Shown: positions 48,634-57,646 of the stretch, piece after piece
Layout: the number at the start of each line of letters is the position of its first letter
Numbering within the stretch: position 1 is the stretch's first letter
Assembly (NCBI GenBank): GCA_016868315.1
Contig: VGHE01000008.1
Location: forward strand, 25,888 to 89,887
Direction: 5' to 3'
Origin: Betaproteobacteria bacterium
Lineage (GTDB): Bacteria; Bdellovibrionota_B; Oligoflexia; Silvanigrellales; Silvanigrellaceae
Length of the DNA stretch: 64,000 nt
Notes under the pieces: generated by a model
Told to the model about the DNA's origin: nothing
Seen by the model: the letters and a program-made list of their open reading frames with translations, nothing else
Databases searched by the model: none
Translations under genes and position numbers: made by a program

Positions 48634-48969
48634 ATTTTATAGCTCCTGAGAGGGATACCAACTTGCTGAAAAAATCAACAAGAGCGACCACAGTAGCAGA
48701 AAAACGAGCGGCAGGGCAGCCACCAGAGACGCAAAATCAGCAGCAACTTGAATATTCGCCCACCAAAGATGCACAAAATAATCATCCACGTCGGTCAGAC
48801 TGAATTAAAGCTTACTAATAGGGCAAACTATAACCTCACGAAGAGCACCTCTCTTTCGCTCTTGTGAGCTTTGAGCGGTGAAAGTGCGGGCAATTACATT
48901 TATTGCTGAGAGGTCGCGCTTTTTCTTTCTCTGGGCTTTTCGATTCTCAACCAAGAAAGGAAACCTCTC

Positions 48970-49467
48970 ATGCAGTTCAAATATTTTTCTGTTTGGGTCG
49001 GCTCGATTTATCTCCTCCTGGGCATTCTCGGATTCATTCCCCTTTTAGTTAGCGAACCACCCCTCAATGCACCTGACATGAACATTTCCTCTGCATTCGG
49101 GCAGCTTTTTGCCCTTTTTCCTGTGAACTCACTGTTGAATGTTTTCCATGCAGTTCTGGGTATCATCGGTATTTATGCATTTACAGGCGAAGCTGAGGCG
49201 AAATCCTACACACGCTGGTGTGCAGCGATTTGCGGTGTGATGTCGATTTTGGGAATGCTGCCTTTTGCTCGAACTTTTTTCGGCCTTTTGCCTCTCTACA
49301 GCAACAACATCTGGTTGCACGGAGTCACAGCGATCGTCGGTTCCGTTCTCCTCAGCCGGAGACTCAAAATTGCAGCAGGCGGTGGAGCGGAATCGCTGGG
49401 GAGCTACCGCGAGTCCCGACGTGGTACACAGGAGAGAAAACCCTCTGACCTCGACAAAGCTGGTTGA
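48970..49467 (+). CDS. DUF4383-like small membrane protein
   Basis: Four hydrophobic segments. 'LFALFPVNSLLNVFHAVLGIIG' resembles the DUF4383 'FxVNxxxNxxH' motif. Confidence 0.55.
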   Translation: MQFKYFSVWVGSIYLLLGILGFIPLLVSEPPLNAPDMNISSAFGQLFALFPVNSLLNVFHAVLGIIGIYAFTGEAEAKSYTRWCAAICGVMSILGMLPFARTFFGLLPLYSNNIWLHGVTAIVGSVLLSRRLKIAAGGGAESLGSYRESRRGTQERKPSDLDKAG

Positions 49468-49491
49468 GCCTGAGTGTTCGCTGCGAACGCA

Positions 49492-49523
49492 CGCGCGGAG
49501 CGTTGATGTCTTCACGCTCCGCG
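49492..49523. terminator. Hairpin between convergent genes, overlapping the ahpF stop
   Basis: Perfect 11-bp inverted repeat gcgcggagcgt / acgctccgcgc with a 10-nt loop. Confidence 0.5.
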
Positions 49524-51062
49524 CATGCGATCTTCGAAAGCACTGAGAGCCACTTTCGCTCCCTCGCCCATGGCGATGATAATTTGTTTGTAAGGCGTAG
49601 TGGTGACATCGCCCGCCGCATAAATGCCCCGGGCAGTCGTGCGACCTTTTGCGTCGACTTCAATTTCACCGAATTTCGAAAGCTCAACCACGCCCTTCAC
49701 GCAGTCGCTGTTGGGAAGCAAACCAATCTGCACGAAAAGACCGTCAAGCTCGATACGCTGGAGAGCTCCTGTCTTGCGGTTTTCAACCTCAACGGCATTG
49801 ACCTTGGAACCATCGCCGAGAATTTTGTTCGTTCTGCTCGAGACCATCACGTTCACGTTAGGTAATGAATTCAACTTTTCCACAAGAACCTGATCGGCTT
49901 TCAGGGAATCAGCATACTCAATCAGCAAAACCTCTTTGGAAATTCCTGCGAGGTCGATGGCTGCCTCAACTCCTGAGTTACCGCCGCCAACCACGGCAAC
50001 CTTCTTGTCCTTGAAGAAGGGACCATCACAGTGCGGGCAGTAGGCCACACCACGACCGAGATATTCGCTTTCCCCAGGAACATTCAGCGTGCGCCATTTA
50101 GCACCAGTAGCAACAATAACCTGAGCCGCCGAAAGCGTTTCACCGCTCTCCAAAGCAATGGTCTTAAACTCACCATCTTTAAGCCCCTTGAAACGGCGGT
50201 GTTCAAAAATTGAGACAGGGTAGCTCCGTACATGACTTGCCAGACCAGCAGAAAGCTGAGGGCCTTCTGTGTAGAGCACTGAAATCAAGTTCTCAATGCC
50301 TTTGGTTTCGTTGACCTGGCCACCAATTTTCTCGGCTATCAACGCAGTCTTCAATCCTTTGCGAGCGCTGTAAATCGCTGCGGACACTCCTGCCGGGCCG
50401 CCTCCAAGGACTGCCACATCAAAAGTTCCGAGGTCTTCCTCGGAGTGCACTGTGGACTCCTCAACTCCCAGCTCTTTTTCCAACTTGCTGAGAATTTCTA
50501 TGAGTGAGCCACGGCCGCTGTGAATGAGTTTGTCGCCGAGGAACACGGCAGGCACACCCTGAACATTGAGCCGCTCAAGCTCTTCTTGAAGGACGCTCCC
50601 TTCAACCATCGTGTGATTTATCTTGTTCCCAAACAATGCAATTTGGTTGAGAGCCTGAACAACATCGGGACAATTTTCACAGCTGAGCGAAACAAACGTG
50701 TGCACATGAGCCGCTTGCTTCATCCGTGCCATGCGTGCCTGCAAACCAGAGTCTGGAATCTGACCAAGCCCTGCAGAGTTGAGCACAGCAAGAATGAGTG
50801 AGGTGAATTCGTGTCCGCCAGGAACTCCAACGAACCCTACACCTGTGAATTCGCCCTCTTTGAGAATTTCGAACTTTGGCACCGGAGATTCATTAGGGGT
50901 CAACTCCGCCGACAACTTGTCGGAACATTCGGCCACGTCCCGAAGCATGTCCAGAAGTTCAACTTGCTGTGTGTGTTGTGAGGTGTACACGCGAAAAGTC
51001 AGCGCTGAACCTATTTTCGCAAAGTAATCTCTCAGTTGATTTTTAATCTCGATATCCAACAT
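49512..51062 (-). CDS. ahpF: Alkyl hydroperoxide reductase subunit F
   Basis: 'MLDIEIKNQLRDYF', 'SLSCENCPDVVQALN' and 'AYCPHCDGPFF' parallel E. coli AhpF. GGAGG lies 5 nt upstream of ATG 51062. Confidence 0.9.
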   Translation of the reverse strand: MLDIEIKNQLRDYFAKIGSALTFRVYTSQHTQQVELLDMLRDVAECSDKLSAELTPNESPVPKFEILKEGEFTGVGFVGVPGGHEFTSLILAVLNSAGLGQIPDSGLQARMARMKQAAHVHTFVSLSCENCPDVVQALNQIALFGNKINHTMVEGSVLQEELERLNVQGVPAVFLGDKLIHSGRGSLIEILSKLEKELGVEESTVHSEEDLGTFDVAVLGGGPAGVSAAIYSARKGLKTALIAEKIGGQVNETKGIENLISVLYTEGPQLSAGLASHVRSYPVSIFEHRRFKGLKDGEFKTIALESGETLSAAQVIVATGAKWRTLNVPGESEYLGRGVAYCPHCDGPFFKDKKVAVVGGGNSGVEAAIDLAGISKEVLLIEYADSLKADQVLVEKLNSLPNVNVMVSSRTNKILGDGSKVNAVEVENRKTGALQRIELDGLFVQIGLLPNSDCVKGVVELSKFGEIEVDAKGRTTARGIYAAGDVTTTPYKQIIIAMGEGAKVALSAFEDRMRGA

Positions 51063-51119
51063 ATTAACCTCCGCAACATTCCATTTGAGCAAGAAGAACT
51101 CTGGAGCTTTGAAGAAGAG

Positions 51120-51140
51120 GATCCGGAAAAATTCCGGATC
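51120..51140 (-). terminator. ahpC-ahpF intergenic hairpin (possible attenuator)
   Basis: gatccggaa-aaa-ttccggatc forms a perfect 9-bp stem starting at the ahpC stop codon. Confidence 0.4.
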
Positions 51141-51702
51141 AAATCTTACCCACGAGGTTCAGACCAGGCTTAAGTGTCTGCTGACCAGGCTTCCATTTCG
51201 CCGGACACACTTCGCCCTTGTTGTTTGCAACAAACTGAGCTGCCTGAACCTTGCGCACCAGTTCTGCGGCGTTGCGACCAATGCCGTTGTCATGAACTTC
51301 AACAATCTTGATGAGCCCTTCAGGGTTCACAACGAACGTTCCGCGGTTGGCGAGGCCTTCTGCTTCAATATGAACACCGAAAGCACGGCTGAGGTGACCT
51401 GTTGGGTCAGCCAGCATCGGAAATTTGATCTTTTTGATCGTGTCTGATGCGTCATGCCATGCTTTGTGTGTGAAGTGGGTGTCGGTACTCACCGAGTAAA
51501 CCTCAACGCCCATGGAGCGAAGTTTTTCGTAGTTGTCGGCCATATCACCCAACTCTGTGGGGCACACAAAAGTGAAATCCGCAGGGTAGAAAAAGAAAAT
51601 AGACCACTTACCTTTGAGGTCATCCTGAGTGACCGTCTTAAAGGAATCATTGACGTAAGCCTGCACGCTGAAATCTGTAACCTTAGTATTGATCAAGTTC
51701 AT
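51139..51702 (-). CDS. ahpC: Peroxiredoxin AhpC (typical 2-Cys)
   Basis: 'FFFYPADFTFVCPTEL' and the resolving 'EVCPAKW'. ATG 51702 after GAGGTG gives a 187-aa product. Confidence 0.95.
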   Translation of the reverse strand: MNLINTKVTDFSVQAYVNDSFKTVTQDDLKGKWSIFFFYPADFTFVCPTELGDMADNYEKLRSMGVEVYSVSTDTHFTHKAWHDASDTIKKIKFPMLADPTGHLSRAFGVHIEAEGLANRGTFVVNPEGLIKIVEVHDNGIGRNAAELVRKVQAAQFVANNKGEVCPAKWKPGQQTLKPGLNLVGKI

Positions 51703-51797
51703 TGGGCACCTCAACTGGTAGAGTTTCGCAAGGAGCGGCCTTCCGTCCTTACACTTGAATCATCGCCATTTTTTTCAATAAGCGAAGTTGATTATTT

Positions 51798-51823
51798 CTA
51801 TCTTACGATAGGAAGAATCTATC
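51798..51823 (-). promoter_or_regulatory. OxyR/LysR-type operator-like motif upstream of ahpC
   Basis: The minus strand reads GATAGattcttcCTATCgtaaGATAG, which contains ATAG-N7-CTAT. It lies about 100-120 nt upstream of the ahpC ATG. Confidence 0.3.
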
Positions 51824-51907
51824 GACCCTCTGAAACAAAAAAGAGCCCGAAATTACTGATAATTTAGACTCAAAACAGAAACTTTGGGTGTGAGGGGAAC
51901 AGGCGCT

Positions 51908-53011
51908 TCAGCGGACGTTTATCTGCACAATATGATTTGAAAGATGCTCGAGCCATTCATATTCATAGAGCATGATTTTAGGTGCGAAGGGCTTTTCCTC
52001 GCCCTTTTGGTTCAGATCGTAATCGTAAGTGCCATCGGCTCCGTAAAACTCCGAGTTGCGCACATAGAAAACGCCCTGCCCTCGGCATCCACCAGCAGCA
52101 TCATAACTCTTGCGGAGTTTGCTTCGACTCTCGCGTTGGATCTTGGCCTTGCGCAAATACTCTTTACGTTCCGTTTCTGTTCCTGCAGACTCAGCCAGTT
52201 TAGTGAAGTCGCGCTGCAGCTCATCAAAATATCGGATTGAACTTTCAACGAATCCGCAGTTGCGGCTCGGCCGAGTATCGTCAAAGCCCACAACAAATAC
52301 AGAGTGCCAATAACTCTCATGATTGTAGACAACCTGAACGGGAGCCTTCTTTTCCACCAAAGTGCGCTTGACTCGCTCCACTATTCCAGGGGGATTGAGG
52401 CCAACATTCCATTCATTTTCATCGGGGTCGGCGAAAAGAATATCGCGCTCGAAGTAGGGCAAGGAAACATAACCCGAGAGGACAGACTTCAGATTATCGA
52501 ACCAATTGATAATGACCCCATAGGTGCTTCCAGGTGCATTTGGCTCTGCCGGAAAAATATCTCCTTTGGAGTCTTCGCGATACCAGCCCTTTGAAAAAGG
52601 GTAGGCGCGGTTCAACACCGATTTCCGGGTTGCGTTGAAAATCTCAATGCTGTCTGTACGCCAATTCTTGATACGAGTTTGGTTCTCTTTAGCTTCTGAA
52701 GCATTGATGAGGTAGCGTTCGGAGAGATCCACTGGACCATTGGAAGAGCGAGACATCAAAGGGTTCAGTTTTGCCAACCACCATTCCGCAACTCCCGTGA
52801 GCGACATATAGAGACACGTTCCAGAGTCTTCCTGATGGGGCGATGGCAGCACAAACGGCACGAGCTCATTGAACCCTCCGAGGGTTCGGGTGTCCTGAAT
52901 GATCTCGGGTTTGTAATTTGCGGGGGTAGCAAGAGCATTAGCAGGGATGCAAACCAGCGCCAATCCCCAAAAAACCAAAAGCATTGAGAATGATTTGATT
53001 TTATTAAGCAT
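51908..53011 (-). CDS. Secreted papain-like (C1-like) cysteine peptidase homologue
   Basis: A signal peptide is followed by 'QEDSGTCLYMS' (Gln 6 residues before Cys, as in papain), 'WHSVFVVGFDD' and 'FYVRNSEF' (the His and Asn contexts). Confidence 0.45.
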   Translation of the reverse strand: MLNKIKSFSMLLVFWGLALVCIPANALATPANYKPEIIQDTRTLGGFNELVPFVLPSPHQEDSGTCLYMSLTGVAEWWLAKLNPLMSRSSNGPVDLSERYLINASEAKENQTRIKNWRTDSIEIFNATRKSVLNRAYPFSKGWYREDSKGDIFPAEPNAPGSTYGVIINWFDNLKSVLSGYVSLPYFERDILFADPDENEWNVGLNPPGIVERVKRTLVEKKAPVQVVYNHESYWHSVFVVGFDDTRPSRNCGFVESSIRYFDELQRDFTKLAESAGTETERKEYLRKAKIQRESRSKLRKSYDAAGGCRGQGVFYVRNSEFYGADGTYDYDLNQKGEEKPFAPKIMLYEYEWLEHLSNHIVQINVR

Positions 53012-53160
53012 CCAGTCACTTCCCCCAGCAAGACCTGTGGCTTTTTAAACACAATGACCGAAGACGCTCAAGACCAGTCGTTAAGTGTCTTGGGATTCTT
53101 CCGATAAAGTTCGAGTCTTAAGGGTCTTAATGAGTGCCCGCTTTAAGAAAGGGATTTACA

Positions 53161-54129
53161 GTGAGGTTGAGGACGTGTCTCACCGCTCTCGTTTTCTTGG
53201 GTGCAACAGCCTGCAACAAAGACTCGTCTGTCACCGAATTCAAAGAAGATGCCGACGCCAGTGCAGTTGCCAAAAGCCTATCGCCACTTGAAACGCTTCT
53301 GACCGCAGGGTTAGCGATGGATTTCTACGAGCAAACCCACACCGAAAGGAAAGCATGGCTCGTGCAGAATCTTCTGACACTGGCTGACAGCAGCGGGAGC
53401 CTCGATGCCACTGCCTCTCAACCCTGTCAGATCCCTCTGCAAGAGCAAGGGCAGACGTTCACGCTCGCGTTGAAAGAAAAATCAGCCTACCCTCTGCCAA
53501 CGGGACGAGTTGTATTCTGCCGGGACAGTCGACTTGCATGGGCAGGCCAAGATGCCTCGCTGCGTGAAAAAGTGCTTGCAGCAGGAGTATTTCCTGAAGA
53601 ATTAGAGCAGGTTAACTTTTATCGTATTCCGATTGACCTTCCGAATTCATTCGCAAGTCTCAATGCAAAGAATGAGGCTGTTGTCGTTATTTTTGATGGT
53701 GTGGCGCAAACAGCGCGACAGAGCTCTCTCGACGTCGAATCGGTTATCACAGGTGTTTTGCTGCATGAACTGGGGCAAATCAACGAACAACGCAAAACAA
53801 GCCAGGCTCCGCTGAAAGCTGCACAGGACAGGCTCAAAGCAGCTTGCAGAGTGCGCAGCAAATCAGACGACAGCTCTTACACGCAGCGGCTCGATGTCTG
53901 CAGAAGAAGCTTAGGAGCTGTCAGCCGCCCTTGGAAGTATGCAGCAGATCAATTTATTGTAGACGTTCTAGCTCGAAAGAAATTTCCACAGACACTGCGG
54001 GCTGCGGATATCTCAAAATATTTCAGGGGTCAGCCCGCAACTGGACGCGACCCTCTTGATGCACATCCCGATGGCGTGGAACGCGGTATTCAATTTGAAA
54101 GAAACCTGGAGCGCATTGGTGTGCGGTAA
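53161..54129 (+). CDS. Lipoprotein with degenerate M48-like metalloprotease motifs
   Basis: GTG at 53161 follows AAAGGGA and gives 'VRLRTCLTALVFLGATAC'. 'LLHELGQI' stands where HExxH is expected. 'YAADQF' and 'DAHPDGVER' resemble downstream M48 motifs. Confidence 0.35.
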   Translation: MRLRTCLTALVFLGATACNKDSSVTEFKEDADASAVAKSLSPLETLLTAGLAMDFYEQTHTERKAWLVQNLLTLADSSGSLDATASQPCQIPLQEQGQTFTLALKEKSAYPLPTGRVVFCRDSRLAWAGQDASLREKVLAAGVFPEELEQVNFYRIPIDLPNSFASLNAKNEAVVVIFDGVAQTARQSSLDVESVITGVLLHELGQINEQRKTSQAPLKAAQDRLKAACRVRSKSDDSSYTQRLDVCRRSLGAVSRPWKYAADQFIVDVLARKKFPQTLRAADISKYFRGQPATGRDPLDAHPDGVERGIQFERNLERIGVR

Positions 54130-54255
54130 CGCCCATAAAGCGCTCTGCGGAGAGAGGCGTGTCCCAATTGGCGGCGCCCATAATTTCTGCCGAATATTCG
54201 GGTATACAATTACAATTCTTGATTAATTTAAAAAAGGCTCAATTTTTTACTGCTC

Positions 54256-55953
54256 ATGTCCGATAACCTGCTCATGATTACGTCGCGATACATACAACTC
54301 AGTTCTGTGTTTGCCTGCACCGCGTTGCTTGCCTGCAAAGCAGCAACCAACTCACAGTGCCTCTCCACGGGCAGCAGCTCAGTGAAACTGGCACCTGAAG
54401 GGTCGATTATTCAGGGCGGTTATATTCACTTCGGCGAGAAGAGCTGCAGTGCCACATTTGAAATTGTTGATGTGACCGCAGAGAAAATAAATTTAAAGGC
54501 ATTTTCGGCGCGTCACTGCCGATTCGAGAACGGTCTACAACTCGATCAGGTCAAAGTCAGTTTCCACGTTGATGGGTCGAGCAAACGGAGCAAAGGCTAT
54601 ATCAAAAACGTTCCGGCTGAAGAGAGTTTTGTGACCCTCGCCCGATCAGCGATGACGGAGGTCTCGAAACTCAACCTGCCCGACATGACGAGCCGCTTTC
54701 TTTACGCTCTCAGAATTCCTACGCAATATGACCCCTGGGGTCAGGCCATATTCTCAGACAACGCAGAGACTGTGAAAGATGCTGGATCTGCACCTGATTC
54801 ATCTCTGATTTGTAACAATCGAGACATCTTCACCCCTTTGGATAATCCCCAAAAGACTCTCACTGAATCGTGCTGGAGCTTTTTGGATTTGGGCACCTTT
54901 GACATCACCATCAGAAACACGCCCCAATTGGCCAAAGTGTTTTCGGCGCTGAGTGAAGAGCTGATGCAGAAGCAGAAGCGCTTCAGCGAGTTCATGGCAC
55001 GCGATGCAGCTCTGAAAACAGACTATCAGCAACACAAAAAACGCATCGACGACACGATGTCGCTCCTGCGTGTTCAAAAAGCCGCTGGCTTGGCTTTTCT
55101 GCTGAACTTCGACCTTTGCAAGCCCGCACTCAAACGAGATGACCTTTGCAGAAATCAACGAAAATTGATTGAAATCATGGGGCAGAATTTCAAGTACATC
55201 AACGAAAGTCGAGTCACGGCGAACATCTTCGACTGGATTGCCGCAGCGAAAACTGTTGATGGCGCTCCTATCGGTGCACTGCCGCTCAACGAGCTTCTCG
55301 CTGGAAAGAGGATGAAGCTGGAAAATGAACTTGTTTCATTCGAACAGGCTGAGCAGCTTTCAGCAGCGTTTGGTTCAGAATTCACAACACGGCTAAAAGA
55401 AAAAACAGTATTTACACTGAATGATATGAAAAAGATGCTCGAGTTTAATTCCCGACCTACAGACATCAACGAGCTTTCTCCCGTTATCCTATTGGGAACA
55501 AACTTCTCAACACGCAAGAGTTCAGGGGAAATCTCGCAACAGTTTGCGATGATAAATTTACGCAATATATTTGACGACAGTTCAAAGGTTCGCCTTGTTG
55601 ACACCCAAGACCACTCTGCTCTGCGAGCGAGCCACGGTGTCAGCAAATATGGAACCCTGCGCCTTGCCGCCAACCTAGAAAACCAATTGGTGAAATTTCA
55701 GCCAACAGACAGCGGTTCAATGCTACTCCTGAAGGGAGTTGTGCCTCTCATGGTGCTCAACACCGTAGACGGCGTAGGAACCTCAGGCGGATCAGCTATT
55801 CTTGCGCTGCCCGACTCCGAAGAGGAACAGGAAGTCATCGCGAGAAATGGTCGCAAAACTGCTCCAGTAGCGCGAGGAAGCAGAAACTCGAATTCGACCG
55901 TAGAAATTAACAACGGCGGATTTGGTAACGGCGTAAATACCGCGTGCCGTTGA
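54256..55953 (+). CDS. Lipoprotein with trypsin-like N- and C-terminal motifs separated by a large insertion
   Basis: 'VFACTALLAC' carries a lipobox. 'IIQGGYIHFGEKSCSATFEI...LKAFSARHC' resembles IVGG...C..(S/T)LI...TAAHC. The late 'PTDSGSMLLL' resembles GDSGGP. Confidence 0.35.
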   Translation: MSDNLLMITSRYIQLSSVFACTALLACKAATNSQCLSTGSSSVKLAPEGSIIQGGYIHFGEKSCSATFEIVDVTAEKINLKAFSARHCRFENGLQLDQVKVSFHVDGSSKRSKGYIKNVPAEESFVTLARSAMTEVSKLNLPDMTSRFLYALRIPTQYDPWGQAIFSDNAETVKDAGSAPDSSLICNNRDIFTPLDNPQKTLTESCWSFLDLGTFDITIRNTPQLAKVFSALSEELMQKQKRFSEFMARDAALKTDYQQHKKRIDDTMSLLRVQKAAGLAFLLNFDLCKPALKRDDLCRNQRKLIEIMGQNFKYINESRVTANIFDWIAAAKTVDGAPIGALPLNELLAGKRMKLENELVSFEQAEQLSAAFGSEFTTRLKEKTVFTLNDMKKMLEFNSRPTDINELSPVILLGTNFSTRKSSGEISQQFAMINLRNIFDDSSKVRLVDTQDHSALRASHGVSKYGTLRLAANLENQLVKFQPTDSGSMLLLKGVVPLMVLNTVDGVGTSGGSAILALPDSEEEQEVIARNGRKTAPVARGSRNSNSTVEINNGGFGNGVNTACR

Positions 55954-55974
55954 CTCTAAGCTTTCCTCCAGGAA

Positions 55975-56889
55975 TTAAATTAAATTTTTGAGTTCAATTT
56001 CGAGACGCTGGGTCACAGTGAACGCGATGCCTTTTTCGTAATACGCAGCCTCGTTAATAAACACCGGCCAGAGATTTTCCCCCTGCCAGTGGGTTGTTGT
56101 GCCATCAAAACCCAGAAAAATGGGGTCACCCTTTTTGAGTTCTTGAAAATCACGGTTCTGAAGTTGCGGATGAATCATCGCCGCAGGCAAGCCATCAACT
56201 GTGCGCGGATAATCGATGTGCCGGACAAACTTGTAGAGAGGCACTGCCTCTGGCAACGCCTGTGGTTCACCCCTGTTCCAGGTCTCGATGAAATCAAGAC
56301 ACCCAAAAACAAGTTGGGCTGTCTTCAAAACCAAGTCAGCATTCAACACACCGTTGGCAACAGGCCCGACCTCAATAGCAAAGCCCTTGGTGCTCAGTGA
56401 ATTTAAGAATCCAGGTTTGCTCTCTGGCTCCTCCCACAAATAGGCATTCACGTTTTCGAACCTTTCGCGCAAATAACCCAAAAGAAGAAGATTAAAGGGC
56501 TCGCGATTTGTAAACACGAGGCTGAGTCCCATGTTGGCTGTGGTGCTATGAAGGTCAAAAATAGCATCGGGCATCTGCCCGCCGCATTTGCTGAGGAGCT
56601 CCCGCTGGATCTGTGTTGCCCTGGAAAGCTCTAATGCTTCAGGGTTGGCCAGTACACCGCTCGGATTGAAGCTGCGGTTTAGGTCACGCTCCACGTAACG
56701 ACAACAAATTTTAAAGGCCTCAGGATTGCTCAACAGCACATGAGTTGAAAAATTGCTGCGCTCTAGGCCTCCCTGATCCGACAGCCAGTGGCGCACGAGA
56801 AACGCCCCTGTATACTCATTGCCGTGCGTTCCACCGGAAACCAGAACATGGCGAACCTGGGTCTGATTCAAAAGAGGAGTCATGAGCAT
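55975..56889 (-). CDS. Aspartoacylase / succinylglutamate desuccinylase family zinc hydrolase
   Basis: 'VLVSGGTHGNEYTGAFLV' matches the aspartoacylase N-terminal zinc-site motif. Internal ATGs at 56889 and 56883 are more likely starts than 56979. Confidence 0.75.
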   Translation of the reverse strand: MLMTPLLNQTQVRHVLVSGGTHGNEYTGAFLVRHWLSDQGGLERSNFSTHVLLSNPEAFKICCRYVERDLNRSFNPSGVLANPEALELSRATQIQRELLSKCGGQMPDAIFDLHSTTANMGLSLVFTNREPFNLLLLGYLRERFENVNAYLWEEPESKPGFLNSLSTKGFAIEVGPVANGVLNADLVLKTAQLVFGCLDFIETWNRGEPQALPEAVPLYKFVRHIDYPRTVDGLPAAMIHPQLQNRDFQELKKGDPIFLGFDGTTTHWQGENLWPVFINEAAYYEKGIAFTVTQRLEIELKNLI

Positions 56890-56985
56890 CCCGCCTGTTG
56901 AAAAATACTTATTGATATCGGCGCCTTTTTGAGTCACGGCTGAATCTCTACTGCAAATAATCTTGGGTTGACAGCTCAAGCTTTC

Positions 56986-57000
56986 GTTATTAATGAGAAC
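56986..57000. promoter_or_regulatory. Candidate Fur-family (Zur) box in the divergent promoter region
   Basis: GTTATTAATGAGAAC is an AT-rich imperfect palindrome (5 of 7 arm positions pair), about 36 nt upstream of the ZrgA-like ATG. Confidence 0.25.
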
Positions 57001-57035
57001 ACAGTCTCAACAATTACGGCAAGGAGCCACGAAAA

Positions 57036-57629
57036 ATGAGAACAAATTTGAAAAACCTGCAACCGTACTCAAGTTCATTCACTCTCTCGGCAGCTCTCTG
57101 CGCGATCCTGGTCAGCCCAGCTGCATTCGCTGGCAAAGGCCACGGTGCACACGAGCACGGCGTTGCAGCTGTGAACGTTGTGGGTGAAGGCAATGCCGTT
57201 ACCGTCCAACTCCAAGCACCTTCGGACAGTATTTATGGCTTTGAGCACGAGGCGAAAAAAGATGCGGACATCAAGAAACGCGATGCCGCTATTGAGAAAC
57301 TAAAAAGTCATGCAGATAAAATCTTTGTTCTCGATGCAAGCCTCGGCTGCAAATTGGCGTCGAGCGACATCAAGCCTTTCGTCACAGACGGGAACGAGAA
57401 GAAGGATGAAAACGCAGCGGGCGCAAAATCTAAGCACAAAGAAGGCACCCACAGCGAAGTTCATGCAACATTCAAATTTGAGTGCAGCAAACCCGTTGCA
57501 GGCAGCAAGCTTGGCTTTGCTGCTCGCAAGCATTTTAAGTCTCTCCGTACATTGAAAATCCAGGTTCTATCCGGTGAAAAACAGGATGGCGCCACAATCA
57601 AAAACGACAAAGGGACTGTTGGTCTCTGA
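57036..57629 (+). CDS. zrgA: ZrgA-like periplasmic zinc-binding protein (DUF2796)
   Basis: A signal peptide is followed by 'GHGAHEHGVAAVNVV...LQAPSDSIYGFEHEAK', which follows the DUF2796 pattern. Confidence 0.65.
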   Translation: MRTNLKNLQPYSSSFTLSAALCAILVSPAAFAGKGHGAHEHGVAAVNVVGEGNAVTVQLQAPSDSIYGFEHEAKKDADIKKRDAAIEKLKSHADKIFVLDASLGCKLASSDIKPFVTDGNEKKDENAAGAKSKHKEGTHSEVHATFKFECSKPVAGSKLGFAARKHFKSLRTLKIQVLSGEKQDGATIKNDKGTVGL

Positions 57630-57646
57630 CCCGAAAGTGAGTTCAC

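Noticed and set aside
48634-48969. The 336-bp kup leader as a possible c-di-AMP (ydaO/kimA-type) riboswitch
   Set aside because: Reading the minus strand, I could not find the conserved ACGGGG/CCCA-type core strings or a pseudo-two-fold architecture. Only short unremarkable stems are present. A covariance-model scan would be needed to settle it.
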